Origin: Octopus sinensis | Taxonomy: Eukaryota | DNA length: 64,000 nt | Assembly (NCBI RefSeq): GCF_006345805.1 | Contig: NC_043009.1 | Span: 24,242,001-24,306,000, forward strand | Direction of reading: 5' to 3' | Shown here: piece after piece, positions 1-12,727 of the stretch | Layout of the letters: the number at the start of each line of letters is the position of its first letter | Numbering within the stretch: position 1 is the stretch's first letter | The notes under the pieces: generated by a model | The model's input: only the letters and a program-made list of their open reading frames with translations | Told to the model about the DNA's origin: nothing | Databases searched by the model: none | Translations under genes and position numbers: made by a program

Positions 1-530
1 TGCGTCTTCTATTAATGTCATGTCCAAATACCACACTCGCGAATATATATACATCACTTTCCCCTTTTGTCTTATTAGTCCTCCACATAACTGTTATTCA
101 ACACCCATATCTGCATCAGAGTGACATCAATTTTCTATACGGTATCATACTTACGACAAAAGCAGGTAAATGTCGCGTCAAACGTTAATTTTATAATTAT
201 TAAATATTAAATTTCCAAACCTCAGTATATTTGAGCAGTATTTTGACGCCCCACACAAACGCATGCAACGCTCATATACGCTTACAGGCACACACACCCA
301 CACACACGTAAATACTAGGATTTAAATACATTTTTAACACATAAATATAAATATGCAAAATCGAACGTATATTCACAAACGTACATACACACACACATAT
401 ATACATGTGTAAAATAGTCAAAATTCTATAAAAAATTTGTAATATCTAACTTTCACTACGTATTGAGTCCTGATCAGATAAGATGTAATTTGTTTTTAAT
501 TTATTTTTACGTATGGCAGAAATGTGTGCT

Positions 531-576
<46 letters not shown>

Positions 577-1063
577 TCCCCAAGATCTTAGACCCCCTCC
601 TTGGAGTAAGCATGCTGTCCAGCAGAGCAAATAACATTCTTTTCTTCTTCTTCCCTCTCCCTTCCCCTCTTTTTCTTTAGCACTCATTCCAAATACAAAA
701 GCACACACATACGCACATACACACACACACAAACACACACACACATACACACACACACACACACACATAATCTCTCTCTCACTTTCTCCTCATCCATCAC
801 CCTCTTGTACTGTCTTATATTCCTCTCCACCACTACAAACTCAATACCACTATAAAATGGTCAAAACTTTTCACACAGGAACTTAGTTTGATTTGAAAAC
901 CCCACTAGAGTGGGAGAAAGCGCTAATACATGATCTAAGTTATATGGTGTATAAAAAATGTAATATACAAATAAATATCTGTAATATAAACCATCCGATT
1001 TTCTGAGTACCTCATTTCTTCTAATATAAAATACCTGTACATCAACTCCAAACCTTCCAATAA

Positions 1064-1124
<61 letters not shown>

Positions 1125-1211
1125 CAAAGCAAATAATTCACGAGAAAATAATGTGCAAGTATGTATGTGTCTGTGTGTATATGTGTGTATGTGTATATAT
1201 ATATATATTTG

Positions 1212-1310
<99 letters not shown>

Positions 1311-1663
1311 TGTGTATGCGTGTGTGTATGCATGTATATGCACATACGAGTTGCTACTAGTTCAGAAACTAGATAAATGTAACTACGTTGGGAGACATGC
1401 ATTGAAGTTCTTTCACTCAACGTCACCTTGCATTAAAGAAAACTGTGATATTTTATGTATTCAAACTCGAGGGTAAATTAAATTTCCTATTTACTGGTGT
1501 ATCCAAAATATATATTAAATTCACCAAATAGAATTTCTTCTTCCAAATAACCAAATATATAAATATTCATCACCATATCATCACTGCCTCACGTCAATCT
1601 CCAATCTCTCACACAAGAATATCGCAAATGAAACCGACTGCAGCAAGCTATTGCATACATAAA

Positions 1664-1772
<109 letters not shown>

Positions 1773-1986
1773 CTCTATCTATCTGTCTGTCTGTCTGTCT
1801 GTTGTCTGTCTATCTGTCTATCTATCTATCTATACGTGGGGGTACATATACATATTTATATATTAATATATATATGTATATATATATAATATATATATAT
1901 AATATATATATATACATATAAGAATAATATAGGGATTAATAAATAGGGATATATATATATATATATGTGGAGATAGTAATGCACAA

Positions 1987-2021
<35 letters not shown>

Positions 2022-2025
2022 AACA

Positions 2026-2256
2026 TTACTTTATATAATTACGGTTCAGCAAAAAAATTTAATTCACCACACACCGAACTTTTAGAAATAGCAGCCAAAG
2101 TATTTAGCTATTTCCTCTACTATTAGTAAATTTTTTTGCTGAACCCTAATTATATGAAGTAATTTTTTAAATATACCGTAAATGGTCTTTTTACATACTG
2201 AACACGGCTTGGTAAAGTTATTAATTACTAATTAATTAATTTTACCCTTATTATTA

Positions 2257-2260
<4 letters not shown>
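2026..2260. repeat. Dispersed repeat fragment with ~36-bp inverted arms, probably Penelope pLTR-related
   Basis: Arm ttactttatataattacggttcagcaaaaaaattta (from 2026) pairs with taaattttttttgctgaaccctaattatatgaagtaa (to 2162). The interior caccacacaccgaact...gaaatagcagccaaag matches 38960-39020, and 2210-2250 is the reverse complement of ~38835-38880. Confidence 0.5.
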
Positions 2261-2288
<28 letters not shown>

Positions 2289-2399
2289 CGTAATATATAT
2301 GTATATTATATGTGTCTATACATATATATATATGTATATATATTGTATAAAGGATCGTGGGTAAGGCCAAAACAAAGTGAACTAAATGCAAGATAAATC

Positions 2400-3070
2400 A
2401 CAAGAAAACAAATATATGAATTAATGTAGACTTACCTAGCATTCAATATTTCGGGGTTGTGACCCCATTTTGAAGAAAATAAACGAAAGTTGCTGATGTG
2501 TCTGTGTGTGAGCGTGTGTTGAGTGCACATACGCGGAAAGGTGTTGCTATAGCAACCACCTAGCTTCCTGTAACTCTCTTTCGTTGTTGATCTTAGGTTT
2601 CTTTTGGTGTATAAGGATGGCCTCAGAGATTCTAAGGTTGCCCCTGTTCCGCTATGTTGTCTTGATGTGCACTGGGTAATCCCGGGTCTGGCATTTCCGT
2701 AGATGTTTCTTCACGGAAGTGTCTGCCTGCAAGTTTTCCTTAATGCGTATAAGCAGTTTTCTTGTGTTTCCTGTGTGGGATGCGCCACATTTGCCACAGA
2801 TGATCTCATATACATCATATGTCCTCCAGCACAATTCAGGACCATTGATGGGGCAGTTCGATAATGTGCACTCCTCAGAGTAGTGAGAGGTGTTGTTCTT
2901 GGACAGAGCTATTCTCAGGGAAGGGCCGGTGTGCACTACCTGTATGTCGAGCCCTTCCCTGCGGACTGCGTGTTGTATCACTACAGTAGTTCTGTCATCA
3001 AAGTGTGGTAGCTTTAGGAAGCACGTGCCAGACTTGGGAGTATGATAGTTCTTCTGAGATTTATTGACCT
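2400..3070 (-). mobile_element. Penelope-like retroelement remnant: end of RT thumb, GIY-YIG endonuclease and downstream pLTR
   Basis: ORF 2652-2981 contains VYEIICGKCGASHTGNTRKLLIRIKEN, a GIY-YIG motif with the Penelope CxxC linker. It is preceded by FLKLPHF (LxLPY-like). A degenerate hammerhead-like hairpin lies ~200 bp downstream on the same strand. Confidence 0.75.
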
Positions 3071-3087
3071 TGATATATGTATATATA

Positions 3088-3652
3088 TTGGGTTGTCCAG
3101 AATGTTCGTGCCGATTTATAGTTGTTTACCTTTCTACTTATTTTAGAACATGGTTGAGTCCATAAAATAGGATTTCACTACGCCTCCATTCCGAGCAAAG
3201 TTTAAGCATCTTTTCGTGGAAGACGATTTATGTTCCTATCCACTGTGTTAATTTTGTAACCCTTTAAATTGGAAGATAAGAAAGTTCATTTTCGGCACTT
3301 GATGGTTTGGGAACTAGACTAAAATTGCTGCAGCTCGGCTGTGATGTGTTACCTCATCCTCCATATTCACCAGAAATTGCTCCTTCGGTTTTCCACTTAG
3401 TCAGGTCTATGCAGAATAGTCTTAATGGTAAAAACTTCAGTTCCTTGGATACGTAAAAAGATAACCTTGATGAATTCTTTGCCATGAAACCACTTCAATT
3501 CTGGAAAGAGGGTATTTTCAAGTAAAAGGAAAGATGGAGAGGTATTGTGCAACAAAATGGTTCATATTTGGTTCATTAAAAATGTAATGGCAAGTAATTA
3601 TTGAAATTTTTCTTTCCTTTAAAAATCGGCAGGAACTTACCGGACAACCCAA
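3088..3652 (+). mobile_element. Non-autonomous mariner deletion derivative (~565 bp) with both TIRs, inserted at TA
   Basis: 5' ttgggttgtccagaatgttcgtgccgattt matches the reverse complement of 3' aaaatcggcaggaacttaccggacaacccaa. TA dinucleotides flank both ends. Interior encodes KLLQLGCDVLPHPPYSPEIAPSVFHL (mariner YSPDLAP motif). Confidence 0.85.
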
Positions 3653-3659
3653 TATATAT

Positions 3660-3693
<34 letters not shown>

Positions 3694-5044
3694 GTCAGAA
3701 AGATATAGAGAGGGAGATAGATAGATAGATAGACAGATAAATATACACATATCTATTCTCACATATACACAACCCAGCTATTTGTATTCGTGCTATGTAT
3801 GTGATTATTTCATTGCATGGAATCAAATTTTCATGTTGATTTTATCTTGAATTTTTGTTTTCTAATGTCATCACGTAACTGTGTTCCGTAAGGTGCGATA
3901 TTTAAAGTATCTTAACCCTTAATGATGAACAACAATAAGATGTGTGATCCACCTCAAAAGTCAGTAACGAAATCATTCTTTTAAATCAAATAATAAACTT
4001 AATATTGTGGAGAATTTTTAGCAAAGGAAGCTGAATTTTACCGTTAGCTATTAGCATGGTACCCAATGTAGGGTAAAGGAAGAAGAGACAGTCCTTTCTG
4101 ATATTCTGCTGCCGATATTATATTGCTGTCGCTGGAAGAATAAACCCGTAAAAGAACTGTGTTGCAGAGATGAGGGAAAACAAAGAAGCATGCAATTCAC
4201 TCGTGAACGGGTCTGCAGGCATTGATCGATATATGACAATATCATATACTTGATTAAACATATACAACTATAAAACGTTTAAGTTCTGCTGCCTTCGTCC
4301 CATTTCAATGCTTGTTTGTTTTCTTCAATATTGACCTTCACAGTTCGAAACCAAGGAATTTAAAACGCCTATTATTTAGATCTTATTATAGAGTACAACA
4401 AAGAGGTAGAAATTGTACAAGTCACAAAAAGAACGGGAAATATTTGTAAAATATATTTGATATGCAATTCATTATTCCGTAAAACCGAATTAAGTACAAA
4501 TATAAGATTATATGCATTAAAAGTAGTGCCCTAGTATAAATTTGGAGTTATAATGTTCTCAATTAGATATCAAATGATTTAACATAATTAGAAGGAAAAT
4601 AAAGATATTGATTGCATTTAGAATACAGCACTCAAAATTTTCTTTGATGGAGAGAATGCAAGGAGACATGGCCATATTCAAACAAAAGAGGAATATAAAA
4701 TATCCACTGTTAACCTACAAATGACATCTTGTAAATATCATAGAAAATTTATTAAACTACGTTTGAAACATGAACAAGACAAAAATTTAATTGAATTTAA
4801 AGGAAGCCAACAAATACACAACAGAAATTGAATTGACAGTTATGGAAAAAAATATGAAGAAAATAATCAACAACAGAAATTGTGAAATGACTAAAACTGG
4901 GGCTAGGGAATGGCGTCATAAATCAATCGATGAAGAAATTATTCCGTAAAGTGTTTATCCGACGGAATTTCATGTTTGTACATACTCAACTGTATTATAG
5001 TTCTAAGCTTGATTTCGGATTCTGACATAAAGTTATCAATTTAG

Positions 5045-5237
5045 AGTGGTCGGGGGAGGGGGAGGGTTAAGTCGATAACATTAACTTCAGTGTTCAACTG
5101 GTACTGATTTTATCGACGCCGAAAAGATGAAAGGCAAAATCGACCTCGGTGAAATTTGAATTCAGAATTTAAAGACGGACGAAATGTTGCTACGCATTTT
5201 GCCCGGCGTTCTAACGATTCTGCCACCTCGTCGCCTT
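5045..5237 (-). mobile_element. tRNA-derived SINE, family A, monomer
   Basis: Reverse complement has a tRNA-like head (ggcgacgaggtggcagaatcgttagaacgccgggc) plus the core ccgaggtcgattttgcctttcatcttttcggcgtcgataaa shared with copies at 43.1, 52.4 and 57.8 kb. Confidence 0.8.
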
Positions 5238-5261
5238 AAAACTAACAATAATATATTATCA

Positions 5262-6460
5262 ACTAGCATTAAAGACCCGTCGTTGCCGGGTCATAGTGCT
5301 AGTGCATGTATATATGTGTACATATTACATGTACATCTATATATATACATCTACACATAAAATACAAAATACAAAGTTATATCTTGATATCGCTAGTGAT
5401 AACAATACTCAAAATATATAACAGACTGGAATTGTAAGCCCGTCTCTTGTAATTTCTATCAATTGTATCTTGTCCTCCCTCTTCTATAGAAGTGTGGCTA
5501 CAATCCAGCATACCTCGACTTTTGGGTGGGGTGGGGGGCGTTTTTAATTTTTATCCGGCACATCCTACGTCCCAGATATAAAGGTAAAAATAGAATATTT
5601 CCACTTTGCAAGTTCGAGTCGAGTACTCCCTTACACGCTCCGTTGACTCGAAACTTGCTTCTATTGTGGCGAATTTACCGCCTCTGATTAGATATCTTTC
5701 ATAGTCACACCAAGACACTTTTCGAAGGTGCTTTCCTCCATGTGTTCAAATCTTCTTTTTTCTCTACATTGTATACTTTATAGACAATAGTCTTTTCTTC
5801 AATTTAATTTTTTATTATCCATCTGGGCTATTCCATTTCTGCACGCTAATTTTATTTTTAATTTATTCCCATTCATGCGAAACCACTTATTCAAGTTCAA
5901 ATCATTGATGCAATTTTATACCAATTGCTATTTTTACTTTTTTTTATGTTACGATTATATTATACTTTAGTTTGATTTTAATTATTACTTACTACATATA
6001 ATTCAATTGTTATTATTATTTTTATTGTTAAAGTGAAAGTATCTGACATAAAATAGAGGTTTGTTTTTGTTTCAGTTTTAACACGTAATACTGAAATAGT
6101 GGAGAAGATATGATATTGCTATGGGCTCGCTCTAGGCAAGAATTTGAACACTTTTTTTGCCCATGAAACTACATGGACCTTAAGTAAGGCATATGTAAAA
6201 TTTGAATGAAATTGGTTGTGTAGTTCTCAAGTTTTAGGGAATCGTAGTGGAGAAGATATGATATTACTGTGGGCTCGCCCTAGGCATAAAGTTAAAAAAA
6301 TATTTGCCGATGACACTCCCCGGACCCTAAATAAGGCATGTGTAAAATTTGAATGAAATTGGTTGTGTAGTTCTCAAGTTTTAAGGAAACACACAGACAA
6401 AAAGACAGACAGACAGACACACAGACAGACACACATTCTCAGTTTTATATATATAAAGAT
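5262..6460 (+). mobile_element. Helentron/DINE-1-like non-autonomous rolling-circle element
   Basis: Starts ACTAGC with subterminal palindrome gacccg-tcgttg-ccgggtc. Carries two ~146-bp internal tandem units (~6095-6240, ~6241-6386), an (ACAG)n tract near the 3' end and the terminus ttctcagttttatatatataaagat. This architecture is typical of Lep1/DINE-1-type elements. Confidence 0.6.
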
Positions 6461-6899
6461 TAACATCATAGCAGTTCCGCCTGTAAGTTACAGGGTGAAC
6501 GTGTAATAGACGAGAGACAAAAGCCAAAATCACACACACACCACACACACACACACAAAATGACGAACACCTGTTAACTAAGATACTGCATTCATATTCC
6601 AAGGAAGAATATAACAAGAGGCCTGGAACAATTCGTAATGGTTTATACAACCTGGTGCAGGTGAGCAACAAACCTATTTCCATAAACGCAAAATGCACTG
6701 CGATTAGGTGTCGCTAAGAAGACAAAAACAAAAGGTTGCATTGAGTATATTGGGGTCGTAGAAATATTCAAAGTAGCTATTTCCCCACAGAATTCTTACA
6801 AACCACGAATATTTAGTACAAAACCTGCATAGACTTCAGAATTGGCAGATACGAGAAAAGGACTTAATGAATTATTCAAAAACAAAGAATTGAGACTGT

Positions 6900-7030
6900 G
6901 TGCAACCGAGAATATAAAAGACAGCTTCGGAACTGAAAAGACCTTAATGGACACATCAGCATCGAAAGATCACTGCTGAAAAGAAAAGCTGAAGGTTTGA
7001 TCATTTCGGCTAAGGACTTGTCTTCTAATA
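6900..7030 (+). mobile_element. Highly degenerate R4/Dong LINE fragment
   Basis: LKRKAEGLIISAKDLS resembles LKAESEGFILAAQDQ in the Dong copies at 28-32 kb. Confidence 0.4.
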
Positions 7031-7369
7031 CAATATGAAACTGGAGCTTACGTCTGTAGAGATTTTGAAGAGATTAAATATTAGATGTTCTATGATGTTC
7101 ACGTTAGAATATTTAAGGAGATATGTCAGTGTTCCTAGATAATATTATTAGGATTTGTGCAAGATAATGGGGCGATATGCAAATACGTAGGAGCAAATAT
7201 ATATGTCTCTATAAAAGACAGGATATCAATATCTTGAATACTAATTGATTATGCTTGCCGAAGTGGCAAAGAGTAAAAACTTGGAAAATATCTAAAAAGC
7301 GTCTCTATAATATAAGTGTGTATGTTTGTATGTATGAATGTATGTATGTAGGTACGTACGTATGTATGG

Positions 7370-7700
7370 TGCAGAGTTCCGTTGTCAGAAATAGAGTCTT
7401 CTAGCGGCCATTCTCTTGCCCAGGGCAGGAGTACCTTCTCCAGACGCTGGGCGTAGGCTTCTGTATTGAGTCTGAGACCGTGTGGGAAGATGAATGAAAG
7501 CATAACGTCGCCATCACTCCAAATAATATGTTTTTGACTGGATGTTTTATTTTTATCACTCTCGGTACATGTCCTCAGATTGCCATCTCCACAGATATAC
7601 ACACAAACACTCTGAAATGTTCGTATTGGAGGTTCCGGTGCGAGTGCCAAGCGATACAGCATGCCATTTCCAGATCTGTGGCAGAGTGAATTACTAAATC
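7370..7700 (-). mobile_element. Tc1/mariner-superfamily (maT/DD37D-like) transposase remnant
   Basis: WSDGDVMLSFIFPHGLRLNTEAYAQRLEKVLLPW, followed by frameshifted sequence resembling the GRxxxxQQDxAPxH catalytic segment. Confidence 0.65.
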
Positions 7701-7857
7701 ATATTGTTTTTCTCAGACAGTGTCCAACTGACACTGGTGTGTGGGCAACAAAATCAAAAACAGACAACACACATGCACGAAATAAAAAATATAAAATGGC
7801 GACAATTTACACATCGCACCCTGCATAAATATATATATACATACATACATACATACA

Positions 7858-7888
<31 letters not shown>

Positions 7889-8639
7889 GAATAAAACATT
7901 GCTGCTCGAACAGTGAGGTTGTAGAAAAATGGACATAAGAACAGCACCTTTCTCTTTGCTTTACTGTGATAATATCTGAACGTGGGAACCCTAACGTATT
8001 GGGATTCAACGCCAACATATAGTGTAATACTTTCCAAGACTCCTTTCTCAGTTACAATTTCCGGAGAGCAGTCGAAAGGTCTATTTTAAAACGATATTTT
8101 TCGCTAAGCTCTCAATAAATCATTTTATCTGGCCTCTATTATTTTCACATACATTCTGCTCTATATGAAATATATACACATATATTGGACCCATTCTTCT
8201 ATATTGATGTACTACCTGATTGACACTTCCATCTTCTTAGTTACTCAGCCAAAACTTATTTCGTTGGGATTGTCAATATTTATCTTAAAAACGGTTAGAT
8301 CTAATCTCTTGTCCTTTTTTTCAGCCAAGATAAGCTTCCAACACCCCTTCTATTTTAATATTCGATTTTCCGGTGTATTGATCTACTCTATTTATATTTT
8401 CTGTTTGCCCAGCAACATTTATCGCTGTATTTTTTTCCCTATTTCCAATTCTTTCCTTATATTTTCCCCCCTCTTTTCTGTGCCCACACCACGGATAGTT
8501 CTTACTTCAGAAATAAACGTTTCGTCATATAGACCATCATAACTCATAAGTTCGATAATAACTAAATGACCTTTCTCTTTTAGGTTGAGTTACTCGGTTC
8601 TACATATAAGGTATATGTAGTTTATCAATCAACAGAGTT

Positions 8640-8707
8640 TCTCGGACAAAGCCTATCGATATTCTATCTATCTACCTACCTTCCTATCTATTTATCTATC
8701 TATCTAC

Positions 8708-8752
<45 letters not shown>
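8640..8752. repeat. (TATC)n microsatellite, 5' flank of the Tx1 LINE
   Basis: Direct reading of the sequence. Confidence 0.95.
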
Positions 8753-8754
<2 letters not shown>

Positions 8755-11700
8755 AAGGATATCTGTGTAGGAGTAATAGAGATCGCATAGGATCTCCACA
8801 ATTCCACATATCTATCTACACTACACGGATCACAAACTTGTGACTGTCCTAGACTTAGGTAAGACCTAGGCAGGGTCCCGGATACTGGAAACTAAACGGT
8901 GTGGGGGTCCCATCGAGACAAGTTTTCAGAGACCGGATTAGCACACTAGTAAAGAGGGCTTTGACGGGAGCCATCATCAACAACAAATGGTGGTTTGCCC
9001 TCAAGAGAGCAGTAAAAGCAGAAGCGATTAGGTAAGCAAAGCACTAGCCATAGATAGAAAATAGAGTAGAGGGTGAGCTAGTTAAGAAGCTAGAAGAGGC
9101 AATTAGAAGCGGCATCGCATCCGCACGTTTTGGCGGCGAGGTTGGCCCTCGACCAACACTTCAACGCCAAACACGAAGGATGTGCTGTCAGAGCTAGGAT
9201 GCGTGCTCTAAGGAACGAAGGTTTGGAGCCCGCGAGAGAGGCCCGGGTGGCATAGGGGCGCAACAGGGCAACAAAGCCACCATTCGGTCACTGGTAGATG
9301 AACAGGGGCGCGAATTGCTCGAGCCAAGTAAAAGTGTGAGGCCTTTCAGCAGCATTTTGCCCGACTGTTCGGAACGAGTGGAGGGCAAGAACGTAGGGTG
9401 GACTTCAGTGCCTACCTACATAGCCTACCACGACTCTCGACAAAAAGGCAGGGTGCTGCGAAGGTGCCATCACGGCGGCGGAAGTGCGGGAAGCGATGGC
9501 AGAATGCTCGAGGGACAAATCACCGGGTTTGGATGGTCTACCCTACGAGCTTTACAATTGTATGCCAGACTTGTTTGGAGATCTCTTGGCGGCGGTGTAC
9601 TGCAACTGGCAGCAAAACGGAGCATTCCTGGTTTTGTGAGCCGAGGAGCCGTAACACTGCTGAAGAAAGATCTAAACAGGGAAATGTAATAGATAACTTT
9701 AGGCCCATCACTCTGCTTAATGCAGACTTGAAAATTTTGGCCAAGGTGCTAGCCAAGAGGTGGCGCTTGTCATCGAGAAACTGGTCGACAAGGCGCAAAC
9801 ATGCGCCGTTCCAGGCCGGACCATCCATGACAACCTCCATCTGATGCGCCTACATCATAGACAGGGGTAGTTAACGAACTGGCATGGGTGGGGCCCTGAT
9901 CAACTTGGATCAATCAAAAGCCTTTGATAGGGTAGACCATCGATACTTGGAGGCAGTCCTGAGAGCGGCTGGTTCGGTCCCGTCTTCCGCGGCTGGATAG
10001 CTGCCTTGTACAGAGGCATCCGTTCGGTAATTCGCGTAAATGGACATCTATCGAGACCTTTCGACATTGCACGTTCGTCCGTCAGGGATGCCCCCTCTCG
10101 GCGCTTCTATACGTATTGACTCTTGAGCCACTACTGCGGAAGCTGGCGACTCTAAGGGGCATCCCGCGAGATTGGGATGCGGGACGAGCGTGTCTGCATA
10201 CGCGACGACGTCACCGTCATAGTGTCTAGCCACGAGCACATCGAGCTGGTCGGCGAGACACTGAAAACTACGAAGCGGTGACAGGAGCGAAAATCAACCG
10301 GGAAAGTCAGTGGGCTTGCGACTAGGCACCTGGAGAAGCAAGCCCATGCCGTCCACCAGCGCCTCCGTCGTGGCGCTGGACCGACGGCCCGGTTGAGTTG
10401 CTCGGGGTCTGGTTTGGTCCGGACCTCCAAGTGGAGAAGAACTGGAACGAGATAACGAGTAGGGTGGTCACTCTCGCCCGGCAATGGGCCGAGAGGAAAC
10501 TGTCCCTAAAAGGTCGAGCGGAGGTGGCGAACACGTACATCGCGTCCGTCATCTACTACTACTACCGCCTGACCGTCGTACCTTGTCCCGACCCTACCAT
10601 CAACACAAACTACAACGCGCCCCTCTTTCGCTTCTTGTGGAAAGGATGCGTCCCGATGGTCAGGCGATCCATTTGCTGTCAACACCCGTTAAAAGGAGGG
10701 CTGGGCATGCCGTGGTTGGATGATGCGCAGACACGCGCTGAGACTGCGACATCTCTGGCTCTATGTAGACGACGGTGAACAGGTGTGGTCGCCGTTTGTG
10801 AGGCACGCTTTCCCGCAGCTCGTCTCCATGACTGAACTGCAGTCGTGGATCAAAAAGAGGCCGAGGAAGGGCGAATGGCACCGCGCGAGTGTCGCGTTGC
10901 TCTCAAGCAACTCTGCCGTCCTGGGTCGACCTTAAGGACTTCAACACAACCAAAGCATTCTATAGGGGTTTAGTGGAGGGGGGTACGACGACGAGCTCGG
11001 GGCGAACCTGGACGTCGACGAGGAGTACCTGACCCGCCTGTTCGGGACGACTTTCGGGCCAGGGCCCATGGACAACTTCCAGAGATCCCTGGCCTGGCAG
11101 TGCTACCGAGAAGCGCTACCCGTTCGGGATAAGCTCTACAGACACGGCTCGAGAAACACGGGGCCGACCTGCCCGAGATGCGGTCAGAGCGACGAAACCG
11201 TTCTGCACGCACTCGTTCAGTGTCCAACAATTTCCGACCTGTGGCTTGTCGAACAACTGCTGTCACGTGTGGGACGAGTCGGTTTATCAGCTGAGTCTAT
11301 CGTCAATATTGTCACGCCTCCTTCCTTCAAACGGGAAGGAAGAGCTATTTTCATCATCCTTGTGGATGGCGAAAGAATGTATCTGGTGGACGCGTCTGAA
11401 AGGATTGGAGACAAACACTTTCCTCTCTGGTCAATCTCCTCATCAACTTCTTCAAGTACCACTTGAAAAGGAAAGTGAGAGTAGAGAGGCAAGTTTTGTC
11501 TAGCGAATGTTTTAAAAAAAGATGGGTGAATGTAGCAGAATGGCACGTATGAATGACGAAGCCACTTTGAGCATAGTCCTATGAACCCAGAAATCGAAAA
11601 CAGAGTTGCTTATTTGCCAAAAAAAAAAAAAAAAAAAAAGAAATATAAAATGTGACTTCATTGACCGAGGTTACCGTGGTCTTTCCGCAGGCTTTTCTTT

Positions 11701-11790
11701 CCACGGGTAAACCTCACCTGTCCTCCCCTTTACACTTCATATTGACATTTCTGTGATAACGATCCCTATTGATCATTTTTTTTTTCTCCT

Positions 11791-11824
<34 letters not shown>

Positions 11825-11886
11825 CCCCCCTTATTTTGTCCTCTTTTTCTCTCCTTTTACGATCCCTTTTGATCGAACCTCCCCCT

Positions 11887-11927
<41 letters not shown>

Positions 11928-12001
11928 CCTTCAAAAGAAAAGCTCTACCTTGTAATTTGTTCTATCTGTGTGCAGCCCTGTGTGGCTAATAAAGAAACAT
12001 A

Positions 12002-12002
<1 letters not shown>
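8753..12002 (+). mobile_element. 5'-truncated Tx1/L1-clade LINE: end of APE endonuclease, RT, CCHC and 3'UTR; ORF2 fragmented by indels
   Basis: Motifs in order: TDHKLV and GPGYWKLN (APE end); FRPITLLNADLKILAKVLA; DQSKAFDRVDH; QGCPLS; YADDV-like; CPRCGQSDETVLHALVQC. GC content is far above the flanks. Ends AATAAAGAAAC directly into (TATC)n. Confidence 0.9.
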
Positions 12003-12032
<30 letters not shown>

Positions 12033-12058
12033 AATCTATCTATCTATCTATATATCTG

Positions 12059-12119
<61 letters not shown>

Positions 12120-12200
12120 ATATCTGTCTATCCATTTGTCTGTCTGTCTATCTATCCATCTATCTGTCTGTCTGTCTCTCCATCTATCTATCCATCTATC

Positions 12201-12364
12201 AGTCCGTCTCTTCCCTTTTACGACCCCTCTTGATCGAAAACCTACGCCATCCCCCCTTTTTTTTTGTTTCTTTTGTTTTTTGTTTTTTTCATCCCCCAAA
12301 AGAAAAGCTCTACCTTGTAACTTGTCCCATCTGTGTGCAGCCCTGTGTGGCCAATAAAGAAACT
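12201..12364 (+). mobile_element. Second, very short 3'-end copy of the same Tx1 family
   Basis: aaagaaaagctctaccttgtaacttgtcccatctgtgtgcagccctgtgtggccAATAAAGAAAC is a diverged match to 11935-11998 and is embedded in (TATC/TGTC)n. Confidence 0.8.
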
Positions 12365-12386
12365 TATCCATCTATCTGTCTGTTTA

Positions 12387-12435
<49 letters not shown>

Positions 12436-12524
12436 CTATCAATGTATCTATGTATGTACGCATGCATGTATGTATGTATGTATGTATGTATGTATGTATG
12501 TATGTATGTATGTATGTATGTATG

Positions 12525-12560
<36 letters not shown>

Positions 12561-12727
12561 AACCAATTTAATCATATATCTACCTATCTATCACACATTC
12601 TTCCTTCTCATATATATATGAGTACGTATATAATTGTGTATTTATCTATGTGTGTATGAATGCTTGCATGTATATAACATCCTATTAATTGTCAATTTAT
12701 GTCCTTTGCAGAAACTGTGTTGCTTAC

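Noticed and set aside
4044-4156. Possible next coding exon of the minus-strand gene (acceptors at 4157/4156 and 4132/4131)
   Set aside because: Two competing acceptors, only weak donors, readings end in stops, and LPLPYIG could be a Penelope relic. I could not choose a model.
6600-6666. Plus-strand mini-exon ending gcag|GTGAGC
   Set aside because: Weak acceptor and no partner exons; plausible by chance.
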